DNA from: Lytechinus pictus
Taxonomy: Eukaryota
Direction of reading: 5' to 3'
DNA length: 64,000 bases
Assembly: GCF_037042905.1 (NCBI RefSeq)
Contig: NC_087251.1
Coordinates: 18,540,001-18,604,000, forward strand
The position numbers and the translations under genes were made by a program. The notes below the pieces were generated by a model. The model was not told the DNA's origin, made no database searches, and saw only the letters and a list, made by a program, of their open reading frames with translations. Of the stretch, positions 1-12,819 are shown piece by piece. Numbering within the stretch: position 1 is the stretch's first letter; each line of letters starts with the position of its first letter.

Positions 1-133
1 GGAATCCGAAACCATGGAACTCAGTTGAGACCGTGTCCCTGTGGCATTATCTTTACGATACTGCAACAAGATGGAGGTTCTTATATTGAGGTAAAAGTTA
101 GGAGAAGAAGAAAGTCCATCCCAACTTGCCAAG

Positions 134-193
134 CAGTGGCGTACCTAGGATTTTCCACAGGGGGGGCAAAACCGTCCGCCAAAAAATGTGACA

Positions 194-244
<51 letters not shown>

Positions 245-296
245 TCTTCGATCACAAATAAAGGGCAGAGTGCCCCCCCCCGTAGGTACGCTAGTG
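134..296 (+). mobile_element. hAT-type MITE with internal poly(A) tract, 8-bp TSD
   Basis: Termini CAGTGGCGTACCTA...TAGGTACGCTAGTG. Identical flanks TTGCCAAG at 126-133 and 297-304. Confidence 0.85.
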
Positions 297-3200
297 TTGC
301 CAAGGTTAATAGCCATAAAACGACTGGAAAATATGAATAGCTATCTCGATACTCCAGAGTTTAATGGTTAAAGATACAGAAATGTCGTTTTATTTGACAA
401 TAGTTCTGAAAATATGTCTATAATTGTTATTATCTATTTACTTTTCTATTCTTGATTTCGAGTACAAACCAATTGTGACTGAGAATATTCCACCAACGAC
501 TGGTAAAGGAATAGCAGCAAAGAAGGCGCTGGTTTTTATAAGGAAAGCGCCTCCTATAGGACTGTCACTGCCATCACTTGTATAACAAGTCGACTTCCAA
601 CCTTGTATAGAATATATTACAAAATATAAACATATCTTTATTAAGTATTTTTCACTTTCATCGATTCACAAAGGCTTGTGATCAGTGGTCTTGGAACTTT
701 GGAAGAGAAACTCAAGGGAAGCTATTTTCCAGACGTGGTTGAAAATTTAGTAGAAAAAAAAAATAATCCCGGCCAAGACGATTTTTTTGTGTGTGCAGGC
801 GTTTTATATGGGCACATGACACTGATGATGCTTCTTTATCATAACATCCTGAGGATGTAAGGTATGGAAATTATCCAAGATACGAGCAAGGGACAAAAAT
901 GGCAAAGTGCATACCTTTGTTATTCCGATGTAGCCAACGTTATCACTATAAGATGTAGAACTCGTACCGGTTCCCCATAGTGCCGAGAAGAATCCGCCGA
1001 GTCCTTCCATACCGATTCCCCGGTTCAGCGCATGACCGGGTGGGGGTGGAGCTCCAGCTAGCCTTGCGCATGCGTAGTAGTCTCCGATGGATTCGATGAT
1101 GGAGGCAAACGTACCAGCAGTTACTCCCAGGATTCCACCGATTGTAAAGATAGGAGCACCCCATTGGCCTTTTTGTAACAAAATATCATTCGATATTAAA
1201 AAAAAAAGAAATTCTAGCAATAGTCCCTACGCAATTTCATCCACCGGTCACTCTACAATATGCCATAACCTACGACAAGTTCGTAAAATTTAGGACAAAT
1301 TCTTATTAGTGAAATTCAATAAGATGATCACTTTTTTTATTACTTCCGACCCCCAATATATTTTTATTCATCGAACTGCTTAAAGTAAGCCATGATATAT
1401 TTAGGAAGCTATACATTTTCGTAAAAGAAGGCAGAGACAATCACACTCATCGCAAGAACATTAAGGGGACCACCAAATACCGTGATTAAGATAAATAGCA
1501 TTTTCATAATAGTTAATAATACACAAAATATAATGATTTCGAACATTACTTTTCTGTACCTGGAGAAGGCAAGAAAAACCAACCGGTTTCCTTCAGGGAT
1601 TCGTCTTTGATATCTGTCCTGGCTCGGTATCAGGTGCTTCCGGGTCACTAGGGAATACTTCCGTGATGGTTAGAATGTAACAAAGGAGCCAGCCTAGCAG
1701 AGTCGCCTGAAAAATCTGTAAATGGACCCCCGAATTCAGACACATCATGAAATAAAAATGTTTTAGTTATCGATACTTGTTTCCATGGTAGCTTTGTATT
1801 CTACTATTAGTACTTTGACTATAAACTGCTATTTTCCCACACAAGGACGATAATACAGGGGGACAGGGGACGACAGGTCCCATTGTTTTAAAAAGCCCCC
1901 CCCAAAAAAAAAAAAAAAAAAAATAGGGGGAAAAGGAAGGAAAGATGGAGAGAAGTGCAGAAAGGAGGAATTTGAGTAGCTTTTTTAAAAATGACAGTTT
2001 CACGTTTCACATTTCACCAATTTCTCTTTCATCTCTTTCTTTTCTTTTGTTTTCTTTTTTTTTTCGTCCAGAAATTTTTTACTACATATGTGATATCTGT
2101 GATACTGTTTTATCTTACCGGGAATACTCTGAATACGGGAAACCTGGAGACGTGAAAACCTTTCTCCTTAGAGTAAGATAAGCAGGGAACCATTAGACGA
2201 TCCATGTACTGAGAGAAAATCACTACCAAGATTAGGACGCTTTGGGAGAAAAAAAGAATCGTTTACGATATAATATTCTCTCGTCTTCCCTGTGTCTAGA
2301 GATTACAGAATTACATCAGGGGGTAATAAAACAACGTTCAAGAAGTCTTCTACTATCAGATTATGCGCTCTATTGTAGTATTATAATCAGTATGATTGAA
2401 AATCAAACGACACAAAGAAGTTTATCACTTGTTACATTGGTTAAAGAAATTGGGGGAACTTCCATTTTATGCCATAATTACGTATTTGGCAATTTCCTTA
2501 ATGTTCTATAATATTCAAGAGGACCAAGAATTTGTAATACTATATTTTTCAGAAAGTCTATCCGACTATTACTGTTGCAGCCGATGGTGGTAGCCAATAT
2601 AGCATGACTTATTTTGTCTAGTAGGAACGGAATATTAAACGCCATGCTTGGAATTGGAACTTGCGATTTCATAACAACGCTGCTTTTTATGCTAATGTGG
2701 TGTTTGTATTTAGTAATTTATATTATTGTGTAATTCACCGGCAATATTGAACATAGAAATTTTGAATATTAGTTTTAGAAGATGGAAGTTCAGGACCATA
2801 TAGAGAAGTCTTATACTATGTGTCTTCCTATGTATAGTATAGATGTAGAAAAGTGCCTGTCATGGTTTGCCAATGGTAGCTTTTTTTTTTACATTATCTA
2901 AATCCCTTACATACTGTACGTGAAGAATACTCACAAAGCCGAAATACCCCAATGACTCTCGGATTGCCGGATCGCGTTTTCGAATAATGAGAATCCGATT
3001 AATCCGACTGTTGTTGCTATGGTTATAGGTCCGATGAACCTCATGACCAGGGTTACAATACCCAGGAAACCAACCAGAGTCTCGAACAGGGAAGCTATCA
3101 ACAGAGCTCCTTGAAACTTGATTATTGAAAGACAATAAATATACCCTTGTATAAGGTTGAATAGATATCAAGAATGAAATGTATTACTTTAGATATTAAA

Positions 3201-5647
3201 GTTTGTATAGGTACAATGTTCGCCTGAGACTTTCGTCTACTCCGTTGCTGTGTGCTTAATGGCAACTAAGTAATTGACTGGGGTGAGGTTACGGCACTAG
3301 CAGTTTCTCTCTATACTTATTGCCAAACACATTAGTTGCCGTCTGAAAAACATCAGCAACTTAATAATTTTCACAATGTAAATTTACAAAAAGAATCTTC
3401 AGTTAAGAAATATTTATATCCCTGACATCAGAAAATAAAATATACATAATACCATTTTGAATTTCTTTAACGAACACCGCAACAATGAAGAACGTTTTAA
3501 AATCTAACATAGTCGGAGACTTAAGCATCTCATGAGACCATAACTTATTCTCTCCAGCTATTTTGACCTATACATCCAAAAAGAAAATTAGTTGATATCT
3601 CTTTGATCATTAAGTATTAACGCAGAAATGTTATTATCGTGCTATGTAAATTGGATTTTACTCTCACAATTGAGGATTAGATTTTGTTCTGGTAAAGCTT
3701 ATTGTGAGTTTTAAAAAAACGGGGGAAATTATTGTGAAAGCTTCCTTACACAGTAATGCATACTAGTACTTTTTTGTGGCACAGAGAAATTATTTTGTGG
3801 CGTAACCTCTGATAAAAGAAAAACTATGACGTGTGGGACACTTGTCTAGTAATATTTGTCCTTGGTGTTAATTACTGTCCTAGTTATATGATGGGCACTT
3901 CTCAGATGTCCCAAAGGATAATTGTAATAGACGATGGTTATACTCGAGATGTTTATCTGGGAGGGCTAGATCCAAGAATCCTCTTACGAAAGTTACAGTT
4001 GTAAACTTTATCGATTGTAATTACCTCTCTCATCCTGATCCTGAATTCTGATCTGACATCTTCTTGAGTTACCGTGGCATTAGTTCCATTACCAATAGGA
4101 TCTCAACAAACAAAAATTATGTATAATAATAACGAATAAAATAAACATTATAGAAAATATTACAATTACTTCAGCTCGTTGTACTCAACTTGTACCCAAC
4201 TCGACATTTTGTTTTGTTTTATTCAATTCTTGATCATTCTCAATACTGATTGTCATTATACTTGAAACCGAATTTCCTTGTTTAAAGACCATTTTTCAAA
4301 ATTTGAAAGTTAAGTATATATTTTATCTTTAACCTCTGAATAAAAATGATTGATGTGATGTCAAACCAATATTATTAAACCTGCTTAGAAATGCAGTCCG
4401 GGTAAAGTGTGTTGCTGAATTCGCATACTAATTGACCTTTTAAACGTCAAATGAAAATTACAAAAATAAACATGGTAAAACCATAAACTTATATTGTTAT
4501 TTGCATTTAAACGAGGACTCTAATAAAATAAACATAATATAATAAATAATGTAGATGAATAGAATTTAACAGATCAAAGGGTGATTTTAAAATGACCAGG
4601 GAATTAATGATGAAATAAACATACAGGAAGGACAACGTACCCAGTTGATTGGCAATCGACCTACCTAAACTAAATATACTTATATCTTTTGTCATATTTG
4701 ATGGTTCATCTCGATAGCAGAAATACAGAAAAGTTGATAAAATGATTTTAGGAGAACTTACCCCCAATCACAGGGCATTCACCTCGAAGTGACATTAGAG
4801 TAAACATTGGTAGGACGAAGGTCATTGTCGGTCCTTGAACTATGGGTAATCTGTCAAGGTCAAGTAAAAATATTTAAGGTTTTTTTTTTTAGGGAAGATC
4901 TGTTCGGAATTCAGAAACAGATCATGAGAATATTCTGCATTGATACAGAGTGAAAGTTGATCACTCAAAAACAATATAAATTCATCCACTAGTTTGTACC
5001 ACTAAAATCTTTACCATGGAAAAATAGTCTTCGTTAATTCCAAACTCTTACACACAAAGCATGATGTAGATGAAATATGAAATAAAGTGCAGACTATATC
5101 TATCGGAGCTTAAAAAATCATGGTGACATGAACTGGGTGAGAAAGACAGAACATACTAAGGGCCATATAGGTTGCATGGACCTGCATATATTTATATTTA
5201 AAAAATATCCTACCGGAAACCGAAGGATGTTTGTAATAATGTCTGTAGCGAAGAAACGAAAAATGTTGATGCAAACACACGTGACAGACTTTGGTGATCA
5301 TCCAAGATACACATGAAAGGTGCAACAACCAAAGGCACTGAGAGGGCACCACTAAACATTCCTAATGAATTCTATCAAAACAATGATACAGGAGAAATGC
5401 ATGTAGAGATGATGGGAGATAAATATATCAAGTGCAAAGAATATATTTTTAACATTAATAAGTGTTATTCCTATGCTATACCTAAATAATCAATAAAATT
5501 TGATATTAATTCTATAATCTAAAATACATATTATTGGTTTATAGTAACCTCAAATACCAGTTTAAAGGTAACTGAGTTGAGGTAAATTCTTCTTCTGTCT
5601 ATTTACAATTTCATTCCATATATACTCAATAAATTTTTGCCTTATTA

Positions 5648-5837
5648 CACTCTTAAAACAGAAAGTGAACATTTACCCAATATTGGGTAGAAAGGGAACA
5701 TGCATGTTTGCTGTGTAATTTTTTCTCCCAATATTGGCCAAAATGCATGTTTGAAGGGTAATATTTGGTATCTTTTTACCCAACAAACATGCTTGTTCCC
5801 ATTTTACCTAATATTGTGTAAACTTTTTTTTAGAGTG
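5648..5837. mobile_element. CAC-terminated MITE (CMC/EnSpm-like), 2-bp flank TA
   Basis: Termini CACTCTTAAAA...TTTTTAGAGTG, imperfect internal inverted symmetry, TA on both sides. Confidence 0.65.
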
Positions 5838-6023
5838 TACGCATAAAACCGTGCAAATTAAAACCGAATTCATCAATGTCTGTTGGAGCTTTTTTTTTCT
5901 TAGGATCCTTACAACAAATTTTTATAGTTGTTTACACTATTATAAAGAATAATTGAAACGAAACGTCTTATCCGCGTTTGCAAAATTGTACCTTCACGCG
6001 TCACTGTATGAAGTCCATTTGTT

Positions 6024-6192
6024 CACTCTAAAAAACGAAATGCTAATTTAGCTCTTAAAGAGCGTGTATAGTGACTGCACTTCGGAGTGCTGATTTTTCT
6101 AGTTCAAATTTGAACGACAAAATCAGCACTCCGAAGTGCAGTCACTATACACGCTCCTTAAGAGCTAAATGTGCACTCCAGTTTTTAGAGTG
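6024..6192. mobile_element. Near-perfect palindromic CAC-terminated MITE (CMC/EnSpm-like), 2-bp flank TT
   Basis: Termini CACTCTAAAAA...TTTTTAGAGTG. The arms fold back over almost the whole length (GAGCGTGTATAGTGACTGCACTTCGGAGTGCTGATTTT and its reverse complement) around a central GTTCAAATTTGAAC. Confidence 0.8.
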
Positions 6193-6885
6193 TTATAGTG
6201 TCCCTTATAAATTTCTGTCTAAATGACTTTGGTCAGTTTGGGGGTTTTCCCTCTTAATACGACGATGCACAGATAAAATAAGAGTTTGGGACTCACTTTT
6301 ATTGACTTTATCAAATTATAGCAGCTAGCTTCTAAACCAAAAATAAATAAATGAGATAACAAATTGCACAAATTAAGGTAGGCGTATATCCATTAAGAAA
6401 AAAACAGGACCGTAAAGCGTTATAATGTCTCTTTTTTAGATGTTTAGAGTTCACGTTGAACAGAATATTTTCAACACCCATCGGAATTAACAAGGATGAC
6501 ATAATTTTCCAAATAAATACGGAAACAATTTATATTCTATACGGAAATATGGAAAAAATAAAAATCAATTCTGAAAACAAATTGATATAAATAAGTAATA
6601 GGAAACTTAAAAGCATTTGCACTATAATGGTTTTGACTACAGTAAAGGAAAGTTCCGATAAACCGATATCGTACTTTGTTGTTCGTTATTTCAAACTTTG
6701 TTTTTCCATTTCGCATTTCATTTCCCGAAATATCCATGACTATTATGATGCGTCCATTTTTGTTTATTTTGCATCGCGCGTACTTTCACATGTTTTAATC
6801 CACTCTTAAAACGCAATCCTCAAAATACATGTATCAGCAATAAACAGATAAAGCTAGTGATTGAAGACAAGCCTATAATTAGAAT

Positions 6886-7134
6886 CACTAGCGTACCTAC
6901 GGGGGGCAGAGGGGGCAGTCTGCCCCCCCCCCCCCCCTGACGAGCCACAACCCATGCAAAGGACGTATCCCTGCCCCCCCTGACGAGCTTGAAGACCTTT
7001 TTTTTTTTTTTTTTTTTTTTTGCTTGTCAAATTTTTTTCTGGTACGAAATCCTTCATTTGTGATTGAAGACCAAATTTTTTGGCGGACGGTTTTGCCCCC
7101 CCCCCCCCTGTGAAAAATCCCAGGTACGCCACTG
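6886..7134 (-). mobile_element. MITE of the same family as 134-296, inserted at the SLC23 first coding exon donor
   Basis: Minus strand reads CAGTGGCGTACCTGGGATTTTTCACAG...TGACAAGC(A)n GGTCTTC...GTAGGTACGCTAGTG. TSD is only partly retained (ATTCCAGG vs ATTCTAAT). Confidence 0.85.
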
Positions 7135-8607
7135 CCTGGAATGATAGTAAAATGGTAGTATACCATGGTGGGCTGTCATCGACATCATACATAAACCCTA
7201 CTTGAAGTCCTTTCAAGGATATCATCAGCCCTTTCCTTGGCGATACTCTCGATGTCGACCTCCTTCTCCATGTCTTGTTGATCTCTTTCGGTCTCTAAAG
7301 CTGTAAGCTTAATCCCTCGGTCGCCATTGCACGCTTCCGCCATTTAAAAAAATGTCTGAACTTGATCAAAAGAACAATAAAACAAATCTAAAGTGCACTA
7401 CGTGCAGTCATAACATGGTTCGAATTGCATGACACCATTCACTCTATAGTGTCAACAATTATTCCAAATCTATGTGTGAAAAAATATGATTACTGGCTTT
7501 TTTGTTTATATCGAATTCTCGATTTTTTTTTGTAATATGATATAAATGCAACAAATCAACTAGAAATCATTTCTCTTGTCCTTTGTTGAAAATAATTGAC
7601 TTCCACGCTATCAGAAGAGGTATTTATATCGCTTTGGGAAATTTTTTCTTTCCTCTACTTCATATTTTACAGTAAATGTTGAAATATATGTTTTCAGTGA
7701 AATGGCTGAGTTATAAGACTCAAAATGAGGTGATTATGTAGTAAGAAAATAGCTAAAGTGTTCACATTGCATTTATAGTGCACATTCTTTTTTATAGTAT
7801 TATTCGTTTTATGAAGGCAATATCATATCGCGCGTCTCATAAATTTATCGATACTTCTCGTAAATACAAGCTATATCATTGTGCAGAACTGACAATTACA
7901 TCACAATGTCCTCGGATTACAGCACAACTCATTACTGAAAAAGACATCTAAGTTTTCCGATTAGAAAGAAAATCAATACAGGTATCTCGAATTCAAGAAT
8001 TTTGATACAGTTTATATAAAATGATCACATTATTCTATAAAAGAACAAAATCTTAGGCGTTTATGGTAAGGCGAAAAGTAATGAAATTACTTATAAAAAA
8101 TCACATACATACTGAAAACTTGTAAAAGAAATTCGGGGAAAGATCTTACCGCACCTTATTAAAGCACAAACACTGACTGACCAAAAACCTCTTTCAGATT
8201 TTATGAATTCTAAATATGAACTCTGATCAGATCAAAGGCAGGGGATTTCCACTTTAAGACGTTGTATAGCGCCAAATTTTTTTAAGTATCTGCGCATTAT
8301 ACTCCCAATATCAACATTTTCATTGTACTCGTTTCAAAAGTTGCTTACAAAACTTAGGATATTATGATAACGTAGCATATGACATAATAAAAAAATTTAG
8401 AAACCAAATATTATATAAATCATGCAAATGTATCATATAGTTTATTCACTTATAATGTTGTTATCATGTGTATTATACATATATCACATCTTAAAATACT
8501 GTCAACCTTGAATCATAGGGGTGATTGTATATATACAGAATCCCCCAACCGGAAAGTTGGGGAATGTATCCCCCCACCAGCCTACCTCTGTCTACAACTT
8601 TGCATGT

Positions 8608-8668
8608 TTGATGATGATAATGATGATGATGATGATGATGATGATGGTGATGATGATAATGATGATGA
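8608..8668. repeat. (GAT)n microsatellite
   Basis: Direct reading. It explains the His/Asp-rich spurious ORFs. Confidence 0.9.
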
Positions 8669-11600
8669 CGGGCAACTTTTGTTGATTTGGGAATCCAAAT
8701 GCTAGGTTGAGATACTGATTCATTACGCAACGTTCCATTCCCGCGCAACTTAGGAACATTTTTATGACATACCTCGTACTATTTTTCTACCCGAATCATC
8801 CCCGTTTGAGTACACTCATGTTTCGTTCGGAACAATCAATTTTACCTCAACTAATTGACAGGCGTCATGTCATTTCTCAGCTATGTTGTGCTTAATTGTT
8901 ATTGTCACGATGAAAAAATGAAGACCTTGAAAGGAGAAAAATATCAAAGTCTGTGGGCAATTTAGGTGAAACGAAAGCATTACATTGATCAAAATAGACA
9001 TTGTTCGTGTTAGAATGTAACTGCTCTTTTGACTGATCAGGAAAACTCTTATTAAATATTTATGGTTTGACAGAAAGACTTCTGAAGACAATTCTTTACA
9101 TCCCAAAGTGAGCGCGATCGGTTTTCGAAAAGAAAGGCTTGGTTTTGTTTGAAGCACAATGGAAACGTTTTAACTGCGTGTGTCTCTCTTCGAACATTAA
9201 TGCGAATGCTGATCCATGCATAAGATGCGATAGATATAAGTGTGACAGCTAGTCAAAGGATAAATGAATTAAATGCTGGAGGGGATGCCGACCAGGAGGA
9301 AGCATTTCCTTTAAATTATGATTGAATAACTTAAGGTTGGTGCATTCTGCGCGTTGATGTGACAAGCCCTTTAGTTGCTTATAAACTACATTGCGTCTAG
9401 ATTTATATACTGCATGGACATACAACTGCTTTTAAGATTTCATATTAACAAACATTTTTATTGTGTACATTGACACTAAATGAAAGTAAAATTCATACAA
9501 AAGCACTCGCACTGTAAATACCTCAAATCTGAATGAAATTAACAGAAAAAAGGGACATTGTGGTGGTAAATAGCAATGTGGTCTTCACTCATTTTCACTT
9601 TGTTTATTTTCCGTTTATCCCTTTTTGTCTACATTCAATTTATCTTCTAATCATTTTGGTTCTGTAGCCATTTAGCCAATTTACTTTCTTGTATAATTTT
9701 CAGTTAGGCTATACCCATTTCACCAAATATCCGCTTGGTCTATGTCAGTCAAATAACCAGATGAAACATTTATAAAGTGTATAGGCCCTAAAATAATAAG
9801 TTGGCGAAGAGCAAATTAGACATGATAATTACATTATTACACACATCTTTCTTCCAGCAACACAGATATACACAGTTACAGCATTAATCCCTCGAGTAGG
9901 ATATGGTTGCAAATACATACTAACAAATACCATTATTTTAAAATATATACTTTTGAAAGCCGATTTGTCGTAGTTATGTCTAAAATCAGATAACGAATAC
10001 TGGCTCACCTTGCTCTTCTTTTATCACCCCCAGGAGCGTCCTTGAATGTCTGTAGAAATAAAGTAAAAAGGACCACTTAATCCCCCTATTGTTTTTCTAC
10101 CTGCTTATAATAATAAATCAATAATCAAAGAAGGTCAGTCATCTATTTTAACTCTCAATCGGAGCAGAAAGACTAATTTTAATACCACTCTATAGCGACT
10201 GCATTTGTTTCTTCTAATATAGACGAGAAGATCTAGTTTTCACTTTTTTTTCATTTTGATTATATGTCTCTGTAGATCATTATCATATTCATTCTTTATG
10301 AAGCAGAAATGAACTGCCATTATTTTTACACAATAATAGTAATGGATTTTATGTGTAAATCTTCCTTATCGGAACATACTACTAAAAAATAATATGAAGA
10401 ATAAGATAATGTTATTTTTAAGAATAGAAGTCCGAATTACACCGAAACACAATTTATTTTTGTATATTTTGTAAAAAAATTAGTTTGTACAAATTACAAT
10501 TTCTTTCGAGATGGTCTTAATTTCTTTAAATTGTCTGGGAATTGGACCATTTCTTACAAACAAACATTATTTCCTTCCAAGAACCTTCGCCGCCCCACCC
10601 CCCCCCCCAAAAAAAATTGATTAATAGATAGCAGCAGTGTGTTGGTCCCTACATACCACACCTTCATTTTATGAAGTCTTGTGTCATATGCCTTTGTTCT
10701 AGGGGTAATCGTGAAATGACTAACGTACGAATAATATACTGTAGGTCTACTACAAAGGGGGAGTTATATGGCAAAGTTCAGACCTATTTTGGAAGATTAT
10801 GAATATTTTTCAGTTATATATAAAAAAAAATTGGCAAAATATTAAAAAAACAATAATTCCATGACTTTTACACTCATTTAGCAACAATTTGAAGGGAGTT
10901 TTCTTCTATGGGGTTTAGAAACATGCTTTTTTGGAGTCGGGTTGAAAATACGAGAGAATTCATAGTCCACTCGCATATGGCAAGGTTAAGATTATGTAAA
11001 GTAATTAGCCCTATAATTACGTGCGCTTGGTTTGATTATTGATTTTCAAAAGGATATACCGTAAATACAAGGTGCTTCTGATTATGGGTCGTCTCGAACT
11101 TTACAAAGCTCGACTCGATGCACAGAAATAGGGAAAATATGGGGGACTCAAGATGTTGCCACGTCGTCTATCGGAACTCTTTACGATACAAAATACAGGA
11201 ATATGTTTCTGGAGACAAGCCTCTGTATAATCATGAAATATAGATGGGAGGACGGGAAATAAACAAGATTAAAGTGAATGAAAGCAATAGCTTAGTAGAA
11301 GGAAAAAGTTTATTATTTAAATATGTAATTAAAATTCTAAAAAAACGAAGAGGAAAAAGTGTATGAATGGAAGTAGAAAGAGTGAGATTTAATGGGGCAT
11401 GGATTGAAAGTGAGAATGATTGGGAAAATAAAGATTATGAATGAGAAGGACCAGGTGAGGAAAGGGGGAGAGGGGAAGCGTGCGCACAGATGCGAAAATT
11501 GGGGTACAGGGGCAAGACTAAAGAATGTTAGGATGAGAGAGAAAGAGAGAAAGAAAAGGTCTATGGGTGGGAAGGGGGAAAGGGATCATTGATTTTTTCC

Positions 11601-12819
11601 CCCGATAAGGTTTATGAATGACTTTTTTAGAATGAACGTGTAATTAATGTGTTATTAACTCTATTGTCGAGATCGTGAAATTCGTCCTTTTATCACGCCG
11701 CCAAACGATTTTACAGTTATCTGCGATATCGATATGTTGAAAAGAGAACAACCGTTTTTTTTTAGTTACAATAACATACATGCAAATGCACGAAGAACGT
11801 CATTATTTCCATCCATCAATAGAAACAATTATCATGATAGGATACGAGGTAAAATCGCTTGAAAAATATAAATCGATTCATTAATTTGCTACTTTGTTTT
11901 GGGGGCCAGTTATATGTTTCCTTTTTTTTCTTATTTCTAAATCATTATGTATTTGGCCAATTTGTATCATGGTGAAAATTTAGTAGTAATTAAACAATGA
12001 TTCTCCGTCCTGACTCATTTCTTTGTCTTCCAATTCCATTTTTGCTTCGTTAATCTTTTGTATAAATGGTACTTCAATTTGTAGATTTTTTTCAATATTT
12101 TACATGCACATATGCCAGTTGCTTTTTAAATATGTAAAATTAAGTGTAGGTACATTAATGCGATCTTATTTAGAAAACTGAATTTGTTTTAAAATCTACT
12201 CTATGCAAATAAATACAGTAACAAAGATTAGATTTTAAAACAAACTTCCAGTTTGTTTATTTTCTTTCTCTCTCCCTCTCTTTTATCCCTTCATTCTTTT
12301 TTTCTTATCTGTGAATGTAAACTTGACTACTCATGTAAATTAATATCTGGTATTCACTTTCTCCTCTAAAGCCACACCCCCTTCGATCTCCCTATTTCTC
12401 CCCTCTTACCACTCGCACCCCACTCTCTCTATATAAATCTCCCTCTTCCCCTTGCTACACTCCTTCCCCTTCTCTCTCCCATTCTGTTTCTCATCTCTGT
12501 TGCTTGGTATTCCCCCTGCTCAGACCTCAGCCCCCCCCCAAAAAAAAAAAAAATGAAAGGGCCAATTTTTTGTAGCTCTAATTATCTTAATCTTTCGCGT
12601 GAGGGTCAAGCTTCCAAAATAAAGCTCGAAAACTGACCTATTGTCATGGTTTGGTACTCATCTGTGTAAATACTCAATTCATTGTAAATCCAATCTATTT
12701 CCAGCTTCATCGATCGGTCAAGTTGAAAAGTGAAAACACTTCCGAGGGCCAAGAAAACTGAATCAAACCAGAATAGACCGGCTTGTAATAATTATACCAT
12801 GTCACTTGATATATTATCT

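Larger units (their letters stand above)
470..7343 (-). pseudogene. SLC23-family (NAT/NCS2) nucleobase-ascorbate transporter gene, frameshifted (pseudogene or assembly indels); 3' part lies left of the window
   Basis: Exons (minus strand): 7343-7136 (MAEACNGD...YDVDDSPPWYTTILLSFQ), 5371-5214 (NSLGMFSGALSVPLVVAPFMC...LQTSFGFR), 4850-4762 (LPIVQGPTMTFVLP), 4101-4025 (..RIRMRE), 3116-2935 (FQGALLIASLFE..FIGPITI..HWGIS), 2239-2119 (VIFSQYM..FRVFP), 1715-1560 (LGWLLCYILT..YRARTD), 1168-915 ([37 protein letters not shown]), 601-470 (VGSRLVIQ..IPLPVVGGIF). The motifs and their order match SLC23A1/A2-type proteins. 1-bp indels near 7214, 1630 and 557. Confidence 0.9.

Noticed and set aside
1..61. Next SLC23 exon after a TTGCAG acceptor on the minus strand
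   Set aside because: No frame gives the expected GLSNLQ-type sequence, and the required phase hits a stop.
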